64,000 nt of DNA, from positions 1-64,000 of the forward strand of contig NW_021835971.1 of the NCBI RefSeq assembly GCF_006345805.1, written 5' to 3'. The notes beneath the pieces are model-generated. The model did not search any database and was not told where the DNA came from. It worked only from the letters and a program-made list of their open reading frames with translations. Of the stretch, positions 26,471-38,150 are shown piece by piece. The position numbers and the translations under genes are program-made. This DNA is from Octopus sinensis (Eukaryota). The first letter of the stretch is position 1, and each line of letters starts with the position of its first letter.

Positions 26471-27160
26471 GATTGTCTGATTAAATCTTTTAACTATCCC
26501 CTGACTTTGGGAATTGTTGGGTCGTCTATGAATTTAAACAATTTTGTACTCTTGACGGAGTTTTCTTATATGGTCATTCTCGAATTCCGTACCATTGTCT
26601 GATTGCAAGTATTTACAAGGCCTGTGATCCATAAAAATTTCTTCTAATTTATTGGCAGCTTCTCTTCCTTCTACAACTTCAAGATGTTTACGTCGATGTG
26701 TTCGTTCAGATTCTCTCTTTTGGTGTGTATATATTGGAATCCATATAGACTTTTCGTACTACTTTCATACCAACTTCATATCAACATCGTTAGCCTATTT
26801 TTTTCGCTTAACCATTTTTTCCGCTCGTTTGTCAGATGATTTTATTATTACACAACGATCTTCTGTTACTTTAAATATCCATTTTGAATATTTTAGTTCG
26901 ATCTCTGGATTGATTTCTGTATTATTCCAGCTTGGCTAAATTTCTCCCGTTTTTGTGAATAATACTATTGTCATTGCCTTCAATAGAAATCATTCCATTG
27001 GGTAATATTTCAATAATACGATAAATTTGAACGTTCAAATGTTCATTTAAAGCGCCTTTACGTGTTTTCTTATTGTTGTCTACATGTACTCTTCTAATAA
27101 CTTTGTCTTCAAATTTAAAAATTGGAATGTCATTATTCCACATTTGCTTTTTATGATCGT
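26470..27160 (-). mobile_element. Degraded Ginger-like integrase remnant
   Basis: LQSDNGTEFEN..RRPNNSQSQGIVKRFNQ and the C-terminal FKFEDKVIRR..IIEILPNGMI. Confidence 0.6.
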
Positions 27161-27164
27161 TTTC

Positions 27165-27520
27165 AGTACGAGAATTGACTGGCATGGGCGCAGAAGCCAT
27201 AAAGACATTAAAAAGCGTGGGACTCACCACAGTGCCCTGAGGGATCCCGCGAAGGACTGTTGTGACTTTAGAAAAGACTCCCTGATGCCGCACGACCTGT
27301 CCGCGAAATTCAAGGAACCCTGACAGCCAGCGCCTTAGATACGGAGAAACCCCCATGTGGCGAGCGAGCTTCGGATGCCTTCGTGCCACACCGAGTCGAA
27401 GGCCTTTTCAGTGTCAAGACTAACTAACATACCACACTCTTTCTTCTGGAGGGCGCACTTCATCTCAGTGGACACCTTCCACAAGCAGTCTCCATACGAA
27501 CGACTCTCCCTGAAGCTCCA
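27165..27520 (-). mobile_element. APE-type LINE reverse transcriptase fragment
   Basis: WLSGFLEFRGQVV..GIPQGTVVSPTLFNVFM (RT domain 3-4 region). Confidence 0.7.
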
Positions 27521-27649
27521 TTGGAATTTGAAAGGTGAAAAAAAGTGGACATCTTAACGTGTGAAGGATCTTGAGGACGGAAAAGTGGTTTCTCATGTGG
27601 AAAATGCTTGATTTTATATAATTTCGGCATCAGAAATTAACAAAAGGAA

Positions 27650-28701
27650 AACGAAGTGCATCGTCGACTAGTGAACGATCCTTGTTAGTCCGAAAAATTC
27701 AAATCGACTTTCCCTTGGGATTTCTTGTGAAAAGCAATTCGAACAAGAACTTGATTTGATGACAATTTGAATTGCATCAAATAAAGTGGTTGGGCTAATA
27801 TCGTAACTCTCATCGACCTGGCCATCGTAACTCTCATTCAACATTAAGTATGATATCTTCAACAGTGTAATGATTTCATTGTCATCAATGACTTTTTCTG
27901 TTTGAAGCATATCTTTTTCAATCATAATTTGGTGTATCCCATTATTTTGTGTCAGCATAAGACTAATCAAAACCTTGAATAATTCCAACTTTTTTGACAC
28001 AATTACTGATAGTTTCTTGTTTGAAATTTTCTTAGGCTTCGTTAAATAACAATATTTCATCTCTAAGATTGACAAAAAAGACCAATGATTGATCAAGCGA
28101 GTTCATATAATCAACCACTAATTTTTTTCTGTAATGATGCTTTAGATTTTTTATTATTCCTGCATCCATTGATTGAAGATAAGCAGTTGAGTTCTTTGGA
28201 AGCTTTATAACTTCAATGTTTGGAAAATTGTTCTTCAAAATGTGACCTGGCGCCTTATAAAGAAGTAAATAAAATTTTTTGTTATATCGCATTCAAATAA
28301 ATAACTGGTCATCCAAGTTTTCGGATTTTCATAATAATGACGATATTTTACAACATTAAATCCTTTGAAACACTTTGATTTCTTGCTGTGCCCAATAACA
28401 AAAGTTGTCATTTTAATTGATCCAGTTCATTAAAACATAAAGCAACAGTTATTCGAACTTTAGATTGTTTTACGGCTTTTCTTTACTTAATAAAATCGTT
28501 ATTGTAGGAAATGCTTGAAAAAAGGTCCTGTTTCATTCATATTTAGTATAACCTCTGGGTCAATTAATCCGAAATTCTATTAATTCTAGCGTTCGGATTG
28601 CGGATTATTGAATTTTCGGAGCATTGAATCAAATTTGGCAGGAAAAAGCTAGAAAATTTATAATTTCAATTAAAAAAATTCGGATTAACAAGGATTGACT
28701 G
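27650..28701 (-). mobile_element. Tigger/pogo transposon remnant
   Basis: Minus-strand end TA|CAGTCAATCCTTGTTAATCCG at 28701; DDE_1 motif LPKNSTAYLQSMDAGIIKNLKHHY. Confidence 0.75.
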
Positions 28702-28837
28702 TATGTTGTTTCTGAATAATTAAATAATTCAATCATCTTAGCAACGTATCTTTGGCCCGGGATATGTCAGATTACAAAAAAATGCTTGACGGAATACAAG
28801 AACGTAAAATAATTGATAGAATTAGATTAACAAATAC

Positions 28838-29358
28838 TTTTTGTTCTGAAACTAATGTTTTGTGATGATGAGACATTAGTTTAGTCAAATCAATCATGTT
28901 CATGTTAGGATGCTCACTATGAAATCGGTTATACTCTTCTTTAATGAATAAATTGTAAGCATTTAAAGCAGGCCCCTCATTCTATTTATGCTATATAGGA
29001 TAATTTACAATTCTTTTGACTACTTTCTTCAAGTTTGAATTGACTTCTGTCAAAAGACTATCTAAGGTCCGGAATTTTCTTGTCTAAAATAATAATAGGC
29101 AGTTATTAACTCTAGAAATCAGGAGTTCGACTTTTTGTCTACATTCATCCGCAGAGTGGCCATCAAAAACAATTTCGTCCTAGTTTATTCGTTTAAGAGA
29201 CTTTGTATAGGAAAGAGGACATTTTTTAGGTAATTTAGATTTAACCCGATCAATTAGTACAGAATAGGTATTTTGGTTCCATTCTAAATAAAAAATAGTG
29301 ATTAAATACAACCTGAATCATTTTCTTGTGCTTCTTGATTGCACCGATTGTAAAGCAT
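28838..29358 (-). pseudogene. UBTF: UBF/UBTF-like (RNA Pol I factor) 5' gene fragment with a nonsense codon
   Basis: Splicing three 27-29 nt introns gives WNQNTYSVLIDRVKSKLP..IN*DEIVFDGHSADECRQK..TRKFRTLDSLLTEV..ALNAYNLFIKEEYNRFHSEHPNMNMIDLTKLMS. This matches the UBF dimerisation domain plus HMG box 1. TAG at 29180-82 replaces the conserved Trp. No downstream exons found. Confidence 0.75.
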
Positions 29359-29469
29359 TGTAGCTTCGATGTTAATTAGATTTATTAAATTAGTAGGTTA
29401 ACCAAAAGTCATATCAAAAAATAATTGTTAGTTTATTATTGTAGAAAATGTGTTTTAATTTGAGAGAAA

Positions 29470-29730
29470 ACAAATTAAGTTAGGAATGTACAGAGGGGAA
29501 ATTCTGGGGGGCTAAAGCACGCACCCTCCTGCGGAAAGTACCGCATGCGTGTTGCCACGGAGAATGGCAATGGACATCCCCTGCAATAGCCACGAAACCT
29601 CGCGTGGCTCTTTCGTCCTGTGGGCCAATTTCCTCCCGATGTCGCTGATGAAGGCCAAAGTTAGAGGCCCTGCAACGCCCGATGTCTCCAAAGCGATTGG
29701 TACGAATATAAAACGGCGTCCAAGTACTGT
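29470..29730 (-). mobile_element. CRE-like 3' remnant
   Basis: IGRKLAHRTKEPREVSWLL..SIAILRGN; the 3' UTR resembles 22400-22480. Confidence 0.7.
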
Positions 29731-29779
29731 GTCAACTGTGGTAAGCTGTTTTGATTTATCAATGAAAAATCAATATTTA

Positions 29780-30545
29780 TCAATTTTATTGCCACCTTTG
29801 TGTCTTAATAGGCACTATTTGGAGAGGGAGTCAGGTTGTTGGCTCAGAGGGCGTGGCCAGAGATCACTGGGAATGAGGGAAGGTCCCTGATTGAGCAGAA
29901 CATGAAGGAGACGGTGGTTGTTTTTATATTTTGCAGGTTATTTATTATTTGGAGGAATGTCAGGCGGAGAATCACGCTGTGAGAGAATCAGCATGTTTGG
30001 CTGTGAACGAGTTGGTCTTGAAGGTCACAAAATGTGATAAAAATTGATAGATTGACCACCAAGTCATGGAACCTCATGTTAATTCATTTTTTGACATGCT
30101 TTTGACTTTATTTGGAGACGACAGTTGGTCTGTTCGACATGGTTAGTAATATATATTTATTATTCAGCTGCCTATTTCTCCAGCAGTAGATTTATACTGA
30201 ACTATCCATCTGAGGGAAGGTTATTATGCCTGATTATTCATTCTAGAACATTCATTGAACATCTGTGGCCACTTTATCTGGTAAATCTCCGAGATTCCAT
30301 ATCCTACGTCCGTTCAGGGGCTGCAGTGGCCATTGCTAATGTGTGTGTGGCCTACAGAGTGTATGACAACGACGTGGAACTGCACAGTAATTAGCAAATG
30401 TACTCATGTGGGTCACTGGCTCCAAAGTTCTCCAGAAACACTTGTGGATGTTCATGTCTTTCAATATTATACAAGAAGGCAGAATAGTGGGAGGAGGCTG
30501 AAGGGTTGGAAGGTCAGTTTGATGGCATAGATGTGCCAATGTGCC
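29780..30545 (+). pseudogene. Fragment of a conserved uncharacterised HEAT-repeat protein gene
   Basis: Spliced LCLNRHYL/EGVRLLAQ..ENHAVRESAC..DDSWSVRHAA..VRSGAAVAIA..DVELHSN*QMYSCGSLAPK..KAE*WEEAEG. It has 22-27 nt introns, a frameshift near 29822 and TAG codons at 30392 and 30485. Confidence 0.65.
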
Positions 30546-31199
30546 CAAACCAATGTGCCCACCAATGTGGTGGTGAGGGGTGGGCACCCGGAATTGTACA
30601 ACCATAATTAAATCACGGCGTCCTCTTTGAGAATAAAACTGCTCGCCGGGGGGTTGACGGTGTCTGAACAGAAGTATTTGCTCAAAGTTATGCGTCCAAA
30701 CAAACGATATGAGGTAGAAGATTAAAACAGTTTAGATTTCTTTTTTGGATTATATTGTGTAAATTCCACTATTCATGTCAATTCATGAATGGATAAATAA
30801 AAACCCGCTTGATTTTGACGTGTGGTTCTATTCTGATGAGACAGGTCGGCCATTTTCGGGAAGGACTCAGAGAGATTGCAATTCTCTTGATTTTTCATTA
30901 AGTCGAAATACACGATTTTATAAAGAGAATAACAAAATTATTTTTTAGTGTGTGAAGAATGTAAACGTGGGAAAGTCCCTTTTTTAAATATCTAATTTAT
31001 TAATAAAACTAATAAAATTTAATGCACGTTATTAAATAAATTCACATTTTATTGACAGGGGTGGAATATTTATGTCTGGTCCATAGTATGTCTGAGTTGG
31101 TTACTAATTATTTGATAGCGTACAACCTCTTCATTTGTACAGAGCACTTCTGTATAACACTACCAGAAAAGTTTCCGACACATACTTTGACTTTGATCG

Positions 31200-32471
31200 A
31201 AGTACTCTATTTAAAAACCGTAAAACTCGACGGATACTTTTTTAATCCAGATACAAATTGCTACTATAAGAATGAGACTAAATCTGAAGATGTGAACCCA
31301 TGGAAGGTCCTAAATTTTAAAGTCAAAAAACTCTCATCTGTTGTTCAAAAACACTATCCTCCGGTAGTTTTGTATAATAATAGATTAAAAAATTTGAAAA
31401 TGATATTATCCAATCCGAATACGAAATGTCTTCGGAAAATATCTTTATCAATTCAGCTAGAGCATTCAAAAACAAAAAGCCGCAGCATGTTTGTCCCCCT
31501 AAAATTACAAAAGAAAATAGATCGAGAGTGGAGGGTGGGCCCTACATTGCTCTCTCCCGACGGAGACATCCTGCTCCACTACGTCTCTGGTCACGCCCAT
31601 TTTTACACTGTTGACCGTGATTTCAACGTGAATCCGTTCCCTCCTATCGATTTTGCTTATTACGGAAACTATATCTGTGATGTTTGTTTTATTGCGGGCT
31701 CCCCCCTGTTGCCTCCCCGTCAGTCTTTGGAGGATCTTGTCATTGTGGTCATTTTACTCACAGTGGAGTGGATCGTCGTTGTTCTGGACAAGTCCTGTCT
31801 TGTCGTTTCCGATATTCAAATTCACGAAATGATGAACATCGGCTATTTGTTGGCATGCAATAATAAATTGGAAATAGCCCATTTTGACTACCTTTTACTT
31901 CACGATTTTTCTGAAAACTACTTCAAGTCGACAAACGGAGCCAACGGAGTCGCTTTTGAGGTTCGAGCCAATCCTTAAAAACAAGGGAGAACATATTTTT
32001 TACTCAGTCAGTTCACGTGACTCGACGGTTCAAATATTTGACTTGAGATGTAATGGGAACAAGAAATGCGTCCATTTTATTTTTAAGGGATTTTTCGGTT
32101 CTCGTTATCAGCAATATCAGTTGGACTGGAAGGACGAGTCCTCGAGTGCTGTGTGGATCTCCTTCTCAGTTGTTTTCTTATGATTTGCGTTTCCCTTCTC
32201 GTATTTTGTCGACGTTCCGAGGCCATTCTAGTTCGAAGTTTAAGGGGAGTATTTTTGAATATTAAGAGAGCTGTAATTTGGTCACTTCTCGTAGTATTGT
32301 GGTGATATTTTGGCAGTTAATGAGTTTGGGTATGCGAGGATATGGTCACTCGAGGGACAAAATGCACAGGTGGTTTCACCCCCTTTACATGTCGACCAAT
32401 TTACAAATGTTCATCTGAGGAGCGTGATTGGTAGAGTGATGTGTCGTCCTAGACTTTATTTTATATCTTGA
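31200..32471 (+). pseudogene. DCAF4/WDR21-like WD40 gene, probably disrupted
   Basis: N-terminal GYFFNPDTNCYYK, WD ends SRDSTVQIFDLR, LSTFRGH and FGYARIWSL, and a 26-nt intron near 32291. In-frame TAA at 32263-65 and apparent frame changes. Full exon model not resolved. Confidence 0.5.
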
Positions 32472-32639
32472 AATGATTTGTTTTTTATACTTTGTAAATT
32501 ATTGTTTATTTTTTTTATCTCTTTTTATGCTTCATGGATACATCGACTGTAAAAAAGCGTATTTAAGGTTATATTTGACAAGGAAAGATCTTTGCAGAAA
32601 TCTTTCTTAGAGCAATTCAAATAGAAAATGTACAAGATC

Positions 32640-33215
32640 TTAATAATAAAATGGTGTGTATCTTTCTGTGTGTTTACACCAACTTCAAATTAAAAAAATA
32701 CAAATAGATTGTCAAAATCCTTTCCCCTTATAATTAAGCAAATAATGGAGAACAAGTCCAAAATGCTTGGGTCCTCCATGAATTTTCTGCCCAAAAATCT
32801 AACATATTAGGTATTCTTTCGGCGTGACGTGCTTTCCTCTTCTGCGCTTATGTGTGGAATGCTCATCATTCTACGGAAACACCTGAAACGGCAATTGGAG
32901 ATGAAACCCGTGCTATTCTAAGGGGTTTAGGATTTTTTTAAACTAATAAATCTCAATTACGGATCGATAATGTTAAATTTTCATTAATTAAATGTACTTT
33001 GATTATGATAATAGCATTAATTTTAATTCATCTTAATAATAAAATGGTATGGCGTGTGTCTGTCTGTGCGCACAAACTTCAAATTAGGAAAATACAGATA
33101 AATTGTCTAAATTCTTCCTTCTTATAATTCGCCAATAATGGGGAACAAGTTCAAAATTATGAGGTCCTCCAAAAATTTTTTACTCTAAAAACTAACATAT
33201 CAAGAATATCTTCAA
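32640..33215. repeat. Diverged ~180-bp direct duplication
   Basis: TAATAATAAAATGGT..AACTTCAAATTA..GGTCCTCCA..CTAACATAT at 32641-32820 and 33033-33212. Confidence 0.65.
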
Positions 33216-33339
33216 TGATGAGGTCCTTAAAACCTTCCCACTAAAAAAATTAAAAAGTTTTTCGATTTTAGTTAAAATGAACAATAAGCATGTCCTCCAC
33301 TCACATGATGAGGTCCTTAAAGCATTTCTTTAAGTAGTT

Positions 33340-34390
33340 CCGAGTAATAGACAAATCATTCTGGCACTGTCCTCTCAACCAAATTCTTTAAGATATTGAG
33401 AAGCTCCTTCTGTGTATAGAGTCCAGAGCTTTCTTTGTATCCAGAATGCACTGGATGCCACTAGCACCCTTGTACTTTTGATCTATTGCATAAAACCATC
33501 CATGTCTCCAGACCACATCAGCTGTAGATCTCCCTGGCCTGAATCGTTTTGACCGTGACAGAGGAAGTTCTCAATGTCAATACTATAAGTGATAATAAGT
33601 GATTTCAATAGTACGATGGAAAAAATTTGTTTTGGTTTTGTAATACAATTAGTGTGCTGTTACCCACGTCTAGTGGTGAGTTTTATTTGAATGTTTTGTT
33701 GTATATCCGGGTTAATACCTCCGAGATCTCAGTCTGTCGTATTTGAGAAATTCTGCATTTATGTTGTCAAGGCCAGTAGGTCTGTAGATGTTTAATTTGT
33801 CCAGAGCTTTCCTTGTTTCCAGAATTGTTATCGGAATATTAAGTTCTCGTGGTTCACCATCGAACTGTTTGATGTTTTTCCCGTGGTTTTGATTGAAGGC
33901 TACCTGATAGTGACGGGCCCAGACCACATCAGCAATAGATCTTCCTGACCTGAAAATACTATATAGCTGCTAGATTATTTTATTTGAATTAATTTCTTAT
34001 CATTTTATGGGTCTTTTAAGGGTGACATTAAACAAATTTTTTAAATGGAATTTAAATTGGCATTAAAAAAAATAGCATTTAAAATAGCGCCGATAACATT
34101 TATAATGCATTTTTTTCAAAATTAAAAAAATTATATAAATAGCACTTCCCATAGAAATCTGAACAGAATAAGTCATATTTCGACACATGCCAAACACGAT
34201 ATAATCTTCTTAACCATAGTTTTCCACCCTCCGCGGTTTTGGGCCTGCCTGTAGAGTTCTTCCAGGTTCTCACAGTTGTTTAGGGTTTTCCTCACGCAGA
34301 TTAGATCTTGTTGCAGAACGGCTAGCAGTGTTATTCGGGGTCGTCCACGAAATTTTGGTCCACTATGACTCTCTTAAGGTCCATCAATTA
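33340..34390 (-). mobile_element. Rearranged RTE-like LINE fragments
   Basis: FRPGRSTADVVW occurs twice (near 33510-33545 and 33920-33955), with KALDSIHR and KPTGLDNINAEFLK-like motifs. The 3' piece FRGRPRITL..QAQNRGGWK lies at 34150-34390. Confidence 0.65.
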
Positions 34391-34402
34391 AAAAATAATT
34401 AT

Positions 34403-35830
34403 TGTCGCGCGCAATGGTGAAAACGCGTGCCTAAAGTGAAACGCTGTGAACTTGAGAAAACCACAAAAAAACCTCGAAAATAAAATTAACAATCCTTGAT
34501 GAAAACAGGAATAAAACGAGAAATCAATTTTTATTATTATTGTTTGAAAGATTAACAATTTATTTAAATAATGGTTAGCCATTTTAAAATTACCAAAAAA
34601 TTAAATATTTTAACCTGAAAATTTACCTGTCTAAATTTTTTTAACTTGTGATTTAAATACTATTTTTTCATTTCCATATCTTTTATTTTAACTCTATTAT
34701 TTGAAATTAAATCTTCAACAGTAAAGATTGTTGATGATAAAAAGATTCTAATTTTCGCTTCTTCGTCCTTGATTTGTATCAAAATCTTTTTTCAGCAAAA
34801 AACATTATTTCCAATTGCAATTTCTTCAATGTTTTTGAAAAATTTCGTTCCATTCTTTCAAGATATTTGTCTAACAAATCCCATTTTTCTGTTTGTCTGT
34901 GAGTTCTTTTTGAATCCATCTGCAAATGGTTGATTGCAACGCTCCACTTGTCCCTGTGATTCTGGATGTCTTGGACGTCCCCTTTTATGAATTATTTAAA
35001 TTCTTCACATAATGACGTTATTTCTGAATTAACAAATTCTGTTCCGTTGTCAGACTGCAGAATTTTGGTGGACCATAGGAAAGAAATATAGTTTTCAATG
35101 ATTCCGAAACTGTAACTGCTTCTTTATTTTCTATTTTTTTAGCAAAGCAAAATTTTGAATAAATATCTATGACATTCATAAGATATTTATAGGAATCATT
35201 TATATCTGCATAAAACGAAAATCGACTAAATCAACTTGATAGCTAAAAATAAGCTATTGAATGAACCGTTCTCGAGGACTTTGGCTACTATGTTGACTAG
35301 TGGATATTTTGTCTTTAAGGGCTGACTTCCCTGACATTTGTGGCATGATGATATTACATCCCTAATTATGTTTCGATTGATGTACAAAATTTATTTGCAA
35401 TACTCTTCCATTTTATTAAATCCATAGTGATAAATTGAATGAATCCTTTCACAATGCAGTTTCATGGTTTCGAAATCATTTGAGGCAATTACCAATATTT
35501 TGTTTCCATCAGATTGTTTATAATATAGCACACCTATCATTAGATTTAATGTACCTCCAGAATTTACGAAATTTCTACATTTTTGAGAAAACGAAATCTT
35601 TTTAGTCTTGAAAAATCTTCTGGTATTGTATTATTTATTAAAAATCAAGAATATTCTTATACTCCTGATCATCCTTTACAATGTTGGCAAATCTCATTTC
35701 GATAATTTTATCTCAAAGTGCGCAATCATCTTTAATATTAACTTGATAATTGTCAAGAGCTTAATTGAAGGTTAACTTCAAGGTCACGGCGTTTCACTTT
35801 AGGCACGCGTTTCATTTATGGCGCGTGACA
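34403..35830 (-). mobile_element. Ginger2/TDD-like element D (decayed integrase with an intron)
   Basis: TIRs TGTCGCGCGC..AAACGCGTGCCTAAAGTGAAACGC and the inverse ending GCGCGTGACA. TSD ATTAT at 34398-402 and 35831-35. PRER|YQVDLVD is split by a 24-nt intron (35243-35266); also ILQSDNGTEF and HPESQGQVER. Confidence 0.88.
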
Positions 35831-35874
35831 ATTATTCAAAAGATTTAATGTTAAAAAATTGTGAAAAATAATAT

Positions 35875-36250
35875 AACTGAATTCAAACAAAATGACAATA
35901 TTAAATGGTACTTATTATATTTTTTAAATGTTATAAATTTATCGATTTAACGCTTATCACGTAATATTCTTTTAATTTGTTGTGGGTTTTTGTTTTTAAT
36001 TTTTATTTTGCTCTTTCTTGGTATTAATGTCTTATTTTTATGATATTTTTGTTTTTTATTTGTTTGAAGATTAATTAAATTGACTACTGGTAAAATATCC
36101 TGAATAAAGTTTATTTTGCAAGTGAATTTATATTCATTTTACCAATTAATTAATCTCTATTCATATGATTTTTTATAGTAAATTTATTTCTTTCTAATAT
36201 TTTTTGTTTATTTGGATTTTTTTTCAGTCTTTTATTGTTTATTTTTACAA
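35875..36250 (+). repeat. Unclassified AT-rich dispersed repeat, copy 2 of 3
   Basis: Same start and core as 24530-24930. Confidence 0.7.
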
Positions 36251-36289
36251 TCAATAACTATTAACGGAACAATAATTAAGAAATCAACT

Positions 36290-36900
36290 AACTAACGCTT
36301 CCTTGGTGTTGAAGGCATAGCGGAACAGTAGAAGGAACACTTAGGCCATCTCCACTCAAACTCAGCAAAGTATGAAGTGAAAAGTTCGCGGGATGTCCCA
36401 TTCATTCTCTAACTTTTTTTGGCGTATGACAACAAAGACTCAATTCTTTGAGTATGTGAAAAACGATTGTTTGGATCCACGAAATTCCGGCTGTGATTAA
36501 CTCGTAAGGGCTCAGAGTAACCAGACGATTCAAGTCCATTGTACGCAGACAATTTGTCGGTGCATACAATTGATCCTGGACGAACATAACTCTGAATATA
36601 ATTAGAGTTTATCGAGTTCGGTTGGGTACTTTGCACAAAATAATGTTTATTGGATTTCCCGTTTCTTTTCCCCGACCACCAAATGACCCTCGTGCCACGT
36701 TCGCCGTGCATATTTTCGATGATACTTTGTTTTATCTACTTAACATAGATTGGCAACAAAGTATCAGGGTCAATTTCTCCAAGAGAAGCAGGATGGTCAT
36801 ACACTCATTTATAACATTCATGCTCCAATCCAAGGAGATGAAAAAATGACTAAAATAGAACAATGTTCATTAAACACTTTTTAATAAAATGCACTAATAA
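36290..36900 (-). mobile_element. Merlin (ISXO2-like) transposase remnant
   Basis: VRPGSIVCTD..AYNGL..VNHSRNFVDP..HTQRIESL..YFAEFEWR. TIRs not located. Confidence 0.8.
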
Positions 36901-37261
36901 TGGAGTGACCATCCACTGTGGGATCCGATTGTTGGAAAAGGATCCACACACAACAAAAAAGAAAAAACTAGTAAAGATATTCTGGTCCTATCTACGATTA
37001 GTTAAAAAATCATTCTTTTGTAAGTTACGTTCTAATTAACAAGGATATATTTAATTAGACGTGTAATTACTGATAAGAATAAATCAAGAAAGAAATAACG
37101 TAAAAAAAATCTCGTACAAAAGTGAAGCTTAAATCATCTTAATCCGAACTTTGCATCCCCCAGCGTATTCGCATTTAATATTCCTTTTTCCTGACAATAT
37201 TTTTTCAAGAATTGGAATAGCTCCGTTACTCTATTTATATATTAATTGAAATAATTGGATC

Positions 37262-38150
37262 TATTTTCGTACGAAAACCTAAATATTTTAAAAGTAGTCT
37301 TTATTTACCTCTTGATTTGAAAAGTCAAAATTTTCGGAAGCTTATTAATACTTAAAAGCGTTGTACCCTCCACATAATTATTACAGCTATTGAATAAAGT
37401 TATCTAAATATAAAAACCTATCACAGAAGTATTAATTACTTCCATTAAGATGTTCAGCTTTAAAATATGCAGACATTGACTTTATGAGCGACGAAGCATA
37501 CTATAAAAAACTTAAATTCTTATGATACTTTTATTGAAACAGAAAGATCCAAAAAACGGCCAAATTTTTTGGAAGAATGTCCACAACTTGCACAAAAAAC
37601 TAAGAAATAATATAAAAATAGCAACTTTGACTTTGAAGAATACCTTCAAATATTTTGGAAATGATATTTGTCTCCCGAGAATTAGAACTATAATAATTAT
37701 TATTAACATACATATTATTATATTCAAAATTAATATTGTTATTCAGTTTTTCCAGAATGAATATTAAACATTCATGCGCGTCTTGTTGTTCATCGTCTTT
37801 CATCGTGTTGGAGAGATCTGTAATTAATTAAAACAAAATAAGTTACTTAATAAACATTACAGAATCATATCTGGGTAAAAGGAACAATTTAACTTTGTTT
37901 TGTCGATGTGTAATTTCATCGAGCATTCCAGACACGGTTCATTTTTTAATTTTTTTTGACCTGCAAAATTTAAATGCAAAATATAAACATAGATTAATGT
38001 GTGGACTCGAATCATAATATTGATAAAATGGCGGAGTGAAAATTAAAGTCTATACAGTATTCAAATAGCAGTTGTTCTTTCTATTTATTAAGCCGGCTCC
38101 ATATTGTCTGTTTTCTAGATATTTATCCTTTTTTGCGTTTTTTTTCTTAT
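37262..38150 (-). pseudogene. Truncated USP36/42-like ubiquitin-specific protease gene
   Basis: Cys box GAGLINRKNNCYLNTV*TL, QQDAHE, IFEGILQSQ, LDLSV and KLPKILTFQIKRFSY, with mini-introns. Stops at 38050, 37857 and 37432. No His box before a junction to unrelated sequence. Confidence 0.75.

Noticed and set aside
31052-31978. 308-aa ORF as a stand-alone protein
   Set aside because: WD40/DCAF4-like motifs continue beyond it in other frames. It is likely read-through of a spliced, disrupted gene.
32640-33260. Insulin/EGF receptor L-domain remnant
   Set aside because: The resemblance (LVFRV..LED..LFP) needs a frame switch at the same point in both copies. Too weak to call.
36290-36900. Bacterial IS1595/IS630/IS3 elements, implying contamination or recent HGT
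   Set aside because: The motifs fit the eukaryotic relatives (Merlin, Tc1, Ginger). They are interleaved with intron-containing genes, and some carry spliceosomal introns.
28838-38150. Stop-codon reassignment (TAA/TAG = Gln), suggested by TAR codons at Gln-compatible sites in the HEAT and USP genes and Ginger C
   Set aside because: TAR also replaces Trp (UBTF 29180) and Glu (Ginger C, DNGT*F). The affected genes also have frameshifts or truncations. PSMD14, DDX55, NOG1 and CPVL have no in-frame TAR, and NOG1 ends in TAA at its expected C-terminus. Mutation toward AT explains the pattern.
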